A DNA stretch of 64,000 nt from assembly GCA_964016885.1 (NCBI GenBank), contig OZ024742.1:275652001-275716000 (forward strand), given 5' to 3'. This DNA is from Eledone cirrhosa. Taxonomy: Eukaryota. Made by a program: the position numbers and the translations under genes. Under the pieces are notes generated by a model. It was given only the letters and a program-made list of their open reading frames with translations. It did not search any database and had not been told where the DNA came from. This document shows positions 56,366-64,000 of the stretch, one piece after another. How positions within the stretch are numbered: position 1 is the stretch's first letter; the number at the start of each line of letters is the position of its first letter.

Positions 56366-57991
56366 TCAAAGTTTTCCAACAATGTGCATGTGCTTGTGTT
56401 TAGTTAGCGCTCTACTTTCAGAGAATGATTTACGACAGATATCACAATGATATGGCTTTTCGCCTGTATGCATACGTTTATGTATAATTAAGGTACTATT
56501 TCGAGAATATGATTTACCACAGATATCACAGGGGTATGGCTTGTCTCCTGTATGAATATATTTGTGGGTTGTTAAATCACCACTTTGAGAAAACGATTTA
56601 CCACATATGTCACAGTAAAATGGCTTCTCTCCCGTATGAGTACGTATGTGAGTTGTTAAGGGAGTTTTATCAGAGAATGATTTACCACAAATGACACAGA
56701 GATATGGCTTCTCACCCGTATGAATGCGTCTATGTCTAGTTAAGACATTTATATGAGAAAACAACATACCACAGATATCACAAAGATACAATTTATCTCT
56801 TGTATGAATAAGTTTGTGTTTAGTTAAGTCACCGCTTCGAGAGAAGGATTTACTACATATGTCACAGTCATATATCTTTTTACCTCCATGAGTAAGTTGG
56901 TGCAGTGTTAATGCAGCATTTTGAGCAAATGATTTACCACAGATAACACATACATATGGCCTCTCTCCTGTATGAATACGTTTATGATTGGTTAAGGTAC
57001 CGCCTTCAGTGAATGACTTACCACAGATATCACAGTGATAAGGCTTCTCTCCTGTATGAATGCGCTTGTGTGTAGTTAATTTATTTTCTGTAGAAAATGA
57101 TTTACCACACCTGTCACATTGGTATGGCTTTTCTCCTGTATGAGTACGTTTGTGTATAGTTAATTTAGTATTTGTAAAGAATAATTTACCACAGATGTCA
57201 CAATGATATTGCTTTTCTCTTGAATGAAGGAGTTTGTGCTTAGATAAGTGACTAGTTACAGAAAAAGATTTACCACAGGTATCACAGTGATATGGCTTTT
57301 CTCCTGTATGAGTACGTTTGTGTATAGTTAATTTAGTATTTGTAAAGAATGATTTACCACAGATGTTACAGTGATATTGCTTTTCTGCTGAATGAAGAAG
57401 GAGTTTGTGCTTATATAAGTTACTACTTACAGAGAAAGATTTGCCACAGGTATCACAGTGATATGGCTTTTCTCCTGTATGAGTACGTTTGTGTATAGTT
57501 AATTTACTATTTGTAAAGAATGATTTACCACAGATGTCACAGTGATATGGCTTTTCTCCTGTATGAGTAGATACGTGTCTCTGTAACTCTGAATTTCGGG
57601 AGAATGATTTACCACAGACCTCACAGCAATATGGTTTTATTCCTGTATGAATGCTTTTGTGAGGTATCAAGTTATGTTTTTGGGAGAATGGTTTACCACA
57701 GATATCACAGTGATATGGCTTCTCACCTGTATGAGTACGTATGTGTGCAGTTAACTTTCCATTTGCAGAAAATGTTTTACCACAGATGTCACAGTGATAT
57801 GGTTTTATTCCTGTATGAATACGTTTGTGTTCAGTTAATATATTATTTTGAGAGAAGGACATACCACAGATATCACAGTGATATGGCATCTCGCCTGTAT
57901 GAGTACGCATGTGTACAGTTAAGTTTCCATTTGTAGAAAATGTTTTACCACAGATGTCACAGTTCAGTTCATGAAAATTCAGTTTGGACAA
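56366..57991 (-). CDS. C2H2 zinc-finger protein, 19 tandem fingers in one exon (start uncertain; possibly pseudogene)
   Basis: 19 CxxC-x12-Hxxx(x)H units with TGEKPY-type linkers. The track start is TTG. First in-frame ATG is at 57910; the upstream ATG at 58102 is separated by TAA 58093-58091 and TAA 58054-58052. Confidence 0.88.
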   Translation of the reverse strand: MSKLNFHELNCDICGKTFSTNGNLTVHMRTHTGEMPYHCDICGMSFSQNNILTEHKRIHTGIKPYHCDICGKTFSANGKLTAHIRTHTGEKPYHCDICGKPFSQKHNLIPHKSIHTGIKPYCCEVCGKSFSRNSELQRHVSTHTGEKPYHCDICGKSFFTNSKLTIHKRTHTGEKPYHCDTCGKSFSVSSNLYKHKLLLHSAEKQYHCNICGKSFFTNTKLTIHKRTHTGEKPYHCDTCGKSFSVTSHLSKHKLLHSREKQYHCDICGKLFFTNTKLTIHKRTHTGEKPYQCDRCGKSFSTENKLTTHKRIHTGEKPYHCDICGKSFTEGGTLTNHKRIHTGERPYVCVICGKSFAQNAALTLHQLTHGGKKIYDCDICSKSFSRSGDLTKHKLIHTRDKLYLCDICGMLFSHINVLTRHRRIHTGEKPYLCVICGKSFSDKTPLTTHIRTHTGEKPFYCDICGKSFSQSGDLTTHKYIHTGDKPYPCDICGKSYSRNSTLIIHKRMHTGEKPYHCDICRKSFSESRALTKHKHMHIVGKL

Positions 57992-58181
57992 TGATTTACC
58001 AATGATATCACAATGGTATAATGTTTTTACTATCTCGTTCAGTAACTCACTTTAAGACTCCGATTTAATCTTAACCTGTTTCTTCCATAATTACTTTTCC
58101 ATAATATCTCTTTTTTATATCTATAGATGTAAAATATAGATGATGCATCTGATGTAAAGAATTCTTTAATGCCAATGTCAT

Positions 58182-58200
58182 CTGAAATAATAAAGAAATT
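58182..58200 (-). promoter_or_regulatory. Putative 3' splice acceptor of the ZNF coding exon
   Basis: Minus strand aatttctttattatttcAG, ~80 nt upstream of ATG 58102. Confidence 0.5.
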
Positions 58201-58254
58201 CTATATAAGATATACAGAATTAAATTCTTTTGCTAATTAAACACTTGGGAGTAT

Positions 58255-59640
58255 TGCCAAGAAATATATTGTTGTTTTGTTGACCTTGAGAAGGCATATG
58301 ACCGCGCCCCTCAGGACCTGCTGTAGAAAGTTGTGCAGGAGTATGGGATTGATGGTCAGCTTTTTGCTGCCCTGATGTCTTTATACGAATGGCCAAGTAA
58401 TTGTGTTTGGATAAATAGTGCTAAATTGAAACCATTCAATATGGGAGTCGGACTCTGCCAAGTGTGCATACTTTCACCTCTCCTGTTCATTAGTTACATG
58501 AACAGGATTGACATGTACAGCCAGGTTGGAAGTGGTATCATGACTGGCAGGTGTAAAATCAGTCAGCTGGAATTTGCAGACCACATGGTGTTACTTAACT
58601 CAACAGAAGGTGATCTTCGACTTGTACTTGATTGGTTTGATGCCAAGTGCTGCATGGCTGGAATGAAAATTAGTGCTGCAAAAACTGAGACACTCGTCTT
58701 CTCAAGGAAGCCTGCGCAGTGCACTCTACATGTAAATGAAATTCCACTGAAGCAGATAGAGAAGTTTAAGTATCTCGGGGCTGTATTCAGAAGTGATGGG
58801 AGGCAGGAGGCTTAATTAAGTGCAAGAATTGCAGGAGCTGGTGCATTACTGCAACTTCAGCACTCAGTAATCAGAAGAAGGGAGGTAGGCATAAAAGGCA
58901 AACTTGTTATCTTCAATTCACTATTAATGCCAACCTTTACCTATAGTCATGAATAATGGGTAATGACCGAAAGAATGCAATCGCAAATATAAGCAGCTGA
59001 AATGGAATTTTTCCAAAAGGATCCTTGGAGTAATATTATGTCAGATTTATTTTTAGGTTGGAAACTGAAATTGCTTCTATTCTATTAAATTCAATTTAGA
59101 AAGAATACCTGGCAGATGACAGGTGCTTAAGCATACCATTTGATGGATCTGGTATCTTTAAAATATTAATACAGAAAATTCTTTGAACATAGTTTTGTAT
59201 GAGTATAGATGGGAAATAGATTCTGTAATTGTAACTTTACCTATGGTCATGAATCTTGGGTAATGACTGAAAGAATATGACTGCGAATAAAAGCGGCTGA
59301 AATGGGATTCCTCCGAAGGGTCTTTACAGTGACATTACTTGATAGAGTGCATAGCTCGGAGATCAGAGATTCGCTCCAGGTAGAGCTGCTACTTCTCCAA
59401 ATTGAGAAATCACAGCTCCCATACTATGGGCATTTGGTTAGACTGTTTCAGAAAAGAGTCATTGGATAGATTTTACAGGCAAAACCCACCTGCAGAAGGC
59501 CCAGGAGTAGAACCCGAGCAAGATGGTAAGATATCATACATGACCTTGGCTGGTTTCGCTTAGGGAACCAGCCGGATCAGTAGCTTCTGAGGACTTCCCC
59601 CACCACCCTCTCAGGAATAAGTGGAAGGAGGAGGAGGAAC
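58255..59640 (+). mobile_element. Decayed RTE-like LINE 3' fragment (second family), likely intronic to the ZNF gene
   Basis: FVDLEKAYDR, GLCQVCILSPLLF, FADHMVL, KFKYLG. Confidence 0.8.
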
Positions 59641-59664
59641 TAACAAGGTCTCCCAACATACTTG

Positions 59665-59990
59665 AAATAACAGCCAAATCTCTCTCACATCACACTTCAA
59701 CCCTTCCTTCTGCTATTTCCCCACTAACAAATCAATTTCTACATACTACAAATAACAGCCAAATCTCCCTTACATCACACTCCAGTCTTTCCTCCAGCTA
59801 TTTCCCCACTAACAAGGGAGCTTCTGGATACTACAAATAACAGCCAAATCTCCCTCACATCACACTACAGCCCTTCTTTCTACTATTTCCCCACTAACAA
59901 GGGAGCTTCTACATACTACAAATAACAGCCAAATCTCCCTCACATCACACTACAGCCCTTGCTTCTGCTATTTCTCCATTAACTAACAAG
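59665..59990. repeat. 85-bp minisatellite, ~3.8 copies
   Basis: aaataacagccaaatctc starts at ~59665, 59750, 59835 and 59920. Confidence 0.9.
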
Positions 59991-60116
59991 TAGGTTGTAA
60001 ATATCTCGACATACAAGAAATATCAGCGAAAAAATGAAATAGTTGCTGCTTAATTTAAACGAGATTAAAATTTTTTTTTAGCAAAATTGTAAATCGTAAA
60101 TAGTTCAAAACGGATA

Positions 60117-60619
60117 GTTCTCCCAAAATATCCGTAATTTTTTACACTTACACCCATCTCAAGTTGGAGCGAATTTTTTTACAATTGCTGTTTGGAACGA
60201 ATATGGGTTTCAAACTAGTCGAAAGTTACTTTTTTTATGTTTTGTTTTGTTTCAGTTAATGTTATGGTTATTTTCGTGGGATACCTATTTCAGAACTTCA
60301 CCTTTTTTTTTCCTTTTATTCATTTCTTCATCATTTACCGTACTCTTACTTTTCTAGCAAGTGTTGGACGGGTAATTAGAATAATTTATTCTAAATATCC
60401 GGTACATCGGATCGGTTAATTTTACTTTTACCTTAATGCAGTGATGGTTTATAGGGAATTTGCCGTCAATAATACACCCAAGAAAAGACGATTGAATAAA
60501 GAAAGCAACTAAGATTAATAAATACCTCGTATATATTGGAGCTATTGCTGGGATATCAGAAATTGTAGGTGGACGTGTTGTATTCTCTCTTCTCTTCGAC
60601 ACACTTTCATTCTTCGCAA

Positions 60620-60662
<43 letters not shown>

Positions 60663-63600
60663 TAGTAGATGAATATGACTACGTTACAATAACATTATAT
60701 TTCATGCTTAATAGATAATTCTACAGATCGATGTGATTCGTTTGAAAATAACACTGGAGAGTTCTTTAACAACGGCAAATGCAGAATGCAATCAATATCC
60801 GGTTGATTATGCGAATTAGTAAAATATCAGATTAGGTTGCAGAGATACGTAGTTGAACGAGTGTGTGTATGCGGAAACATTCAGTATACCCATCTATCAA
60901 TATATCCCAGAAGAGGGGGAGGGTCACATATTCGCACACTCGAACTGTTAGAATATTTGTATTGCTTTAGAGCTCCCTGGGCACCACAGGACGCAGTGTG
61001 TATCAGTTACCTGCTGCGAGCAGCCTAGTAAACTGCATACCCATAGATAGGTTTACCACAAAAAAAAGACATATGCGCCACTGAGTGGTCCATCTGCAAG
61101 TGCCCTTACGTATTACCTAGTCTCTAATCATGAGTACCCCCCCCCCCCCCATTTCCTTCTCAGTGATGTGCCTCCACTACTCTACTCCTCTCCTTCCCAC
61201 AGATGATGCTTGCAGCCTGAGCCAACTTTAGTGGTCCGTGCTACTGAGGTTACGCTCAGTTTTCTCTCCGCTAGCTCATGTTTTTTTTTGCCACTTTTAG
61301 TATTATTTATTAATTTAACACTCACATTGGTGACTCTGCTCCTCTAGTTTTTGTGGTGTTAGCGTGGACCATTATCTCCCATATTTATGCTTTGACGCAT
61401 AGAGTTACGGCCCTTGCTATTCTGAGTTCAAATCCCACCGAGGTTAACTTTGCCTTTCATCCTTACGGGGGTCGATAAAATAAAGTACCAGTAATGCACT
61501 GAGTAATTGCTGGCCTTGTGCCAAAAGTAGAAACAATTATCTCCCATAGTTATGTATTTATGTTGTTTTTGTTTTTTTTAGCGTCACCGGCAGTATTTAA
61601 TTCTTGGCGTCAGCTATATCGTAGATTAAATAAAAAATAAGTATTTCACTTTTTAATCTTTGACTTTTCTTTTTTATTTACAGATTTTAGAGCACATCAT
61701 GACTGGCAAATGGAGAAGAAAGGTCTTAATGTGTTGTTTGCAGTAAAGCTTTGTCAAATGATTCTATGAAACCGACAAAGTTGAAGTAACATTTACAGAA
61801 TGTTCATCCTCAACACAAGAACAAGGACAAAAACGTTTCTGAATGTCATGGGAATGCTCTTAAATGGATAAAGCTGGATTCAACAGGAGCATTCCAAGAA
61901 ACAAACCTAAAGGTTAATGAAGCTTCTTTGTCGTAGCACTGGAGATAGCAATGCAGAAAAGCCACATACATTTGGGGAAACTTTGATCAAACCTTGCTCT
62001 CTCAAAATGGTGGAAATTGTGTTGGGAAGTGGATTGGAGAAAAAACTTGTAGCAGATTGTCTATTAAACAGTACTGTTCAAAGGAGAATCAGAGACATGG
62101 CCAATGACATTAAGGATCAAGTCTGCCACATTTGGCTTATTTTAAATTCAACTCGAAGAATCAACTGATGTGCCATCGTGTTCCCTGTTGATGGTGTTTG
62201 CAAAGTATGTGTATTCAGGTTCATTTAAAGAAGAGTTTCTCTTTTCATCTCATCTTGAAACAACTACCAAGGATTCTGGTATTTTGCAAAAGGTTTCATC
62301 TTTCCTTGAATCAGAAAATCTTTTGTGGAGTAATATCTACGGGTGCTGTACAGATGGAGCACCAGCTATATTGAGTACAAAACCAGGATTTCAAGTTTGT
62401 GTGAAAAGCGAACTCGAAAAGTGAAAGGCACTCATTGTATAATCCATTGTCAGACACTGGCCTCCAAAACACTTCCAGGTTGATTATCAATCCATACTGT
62501 TCAAAGGCGGATCAGCGACATGGCCATTGACATCAAGAATCAAGTTGTGCAGGATATCAAGTCTGCAGTATTAGGCTTATTTTCAATTCATCTTGTGGAA
62601 TGGATCATGCACCTTGCCTATTTGGTTGATATTTTTGAGCAACTGAATAAACTGAATCTTCAGATGAAAGGAAGGAATACAAATATCATAAAATTTGTGG
62701 ATGCTTTGAAAGCTTTCATGAGCAAACTGGAAAATTGGGAGAGAAAGATCAATATCAAAAATGTTGCAATGTTTCAGAAGCTGTCATCTGTTGTTATTGG
62801 TGGTGGTGAAGACCAAGTGCTTCCACAATTTGTCAAAAATGAAATTTTGTAGCATTTGTCATCAGTGGAAAATGAATTCAGCCAATATTTTCCTGAACTC
62901 AGTGATGATTTGGATTTAATGAAAAATCCATTCAAATTGTCAATTGAAAAAGTTCCCAATGATTGTCAAGATGAATTTCTGGAGCTGAAAACTGAATCAG
63001 GAGCAAGAGATATGTTCAATGCGAAATGAATCACAGAATTTTGGTCCTTCATGTGCGATTCCTACCCAAAAGTGGCAGAAAGAACAATCAGTGCATTGCT
63101 TCCATTTGTGAGTCAGGAAGCTATCAACCACTTCTATAGATCCTACCTGCATTTGAAAAATGTGTCTATCACTGCGACTTCTGCTGTCAAATTTCACTGC
63201 ATATGTAGTTTTCCCTACCTGTTAGCTTGCCAGCTATCAACACTTTAGTCTTAGCTAGGTACCCTCTGTCCTCTTGATTCCAACTGCTGTTTCCATAGCC
63301 AGAATTTATTCCCTAGCTCCTCTACTGATTCTGCTATAAGTACCAGATTGTCAGCATAGAGAAGTTCCCATGGGCAGCCAGTCTTAAACTCCTCTGTTAT
63401 GGCTTGGAGAACTATAATGAATAAGAGTGGACTGATGATCAAAACCCTGATGCACTCCTACTTGTATCTGGAATTCCTCACTAAACTCCATTCCTACTCT
63501 CACTTTACTGACAGCACCTCCAGCTTGCACTGTCATCACAAGCCATTCCTCCACACCTAGTTTCTTTAGGGTCCACCAGATGATAGATTGGGGTACTCTA

Positions 63601-64000
63601 TCAAAGGCCTTCTCTAGGTCAACAAAAGCTAAATATAGTGGCTTATTCTTCTCTAAGAACCTCTCTTGTAGTAGTCTCACTAAGAAGCGGGCATTTGTGG
63701 TACTTTTCACAGGCACAAAACCAAACTGCATCTCATCTAACTTGATCCTTTCTTTAATTAATTGTGCTAGCAGTCTTTCTGTCACTTTCATAATCTGATC
63801 CATCAGTTTTATGCCCCTATTATTGCTCCTCTCCAGAGCATCCCCTTTACCTTTGTAGCAATTTATAAGAATACTGCTGCACCAGTCTTTGGGTATGACT
63901 CCACCATGTATAGCTTGATTGATTGTGTGTGCAACCAGTTTAGTTCCTACTTCTTATGATGCCTTCAGCATCTCAGCAACTATCCATCGGTCCAGCGGCC
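60117..64000. repeat. Segmental duplication copy B (lacks Merlin); contains SINE 61395-61540, hAT relic 61700-63110 and RTE fragment 63115-64000
   Basis: Direct alignment by eye to 43936-44132 + 46521-50240. Confidence 0.95.

Overview
AT-rich, microsatellite-laden animal genomic DNA, most likely a coleoid cephalopod (Octopus-like). That assignment is inferred from the single-exon '[11 protein letters not shown]' C2H2 array, the SINE family and the repeat landscape. The only host gene is a 19-finger C2H2 zinc-finger gene (56366-58102, minus) whose apparent N-terminus is cut off by two in-frame TAA codons. Everything else is mobile DNA. There are many Penelope-like retroelement (PLE) pieces sitting in (TA)n microsatellites, including a nearly intact element at 27963-32911 with an 800-codon RT+GIY-YIG ORF (one TAA), direct pLTRs and an inverted 5' copy. 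There are also three Tx1/L1-type LINE copies, RTE LINEs, two end-to-end Helitron derivatives, a Merlin (ISXO2-like) transposon with TIRs and an 8-bp TSD, hAT/Buster relics, about 10 tRNA-derived SINE copies, and a local segmental duplication (43936-50260 vs 60117-64000). The main hidden layer, found by reading both strands by eye, is about 15 type I hammerhead ribozyme motifs of about 9 unrelated sequence families in the first 43 kb. Several have palindromic stem III (dimer-type), one has a variant CAGAAGA core, and one lies in a non-coding tandem, retrozyme-like unit. All coordinates are by eye; element boundaries are approximate.
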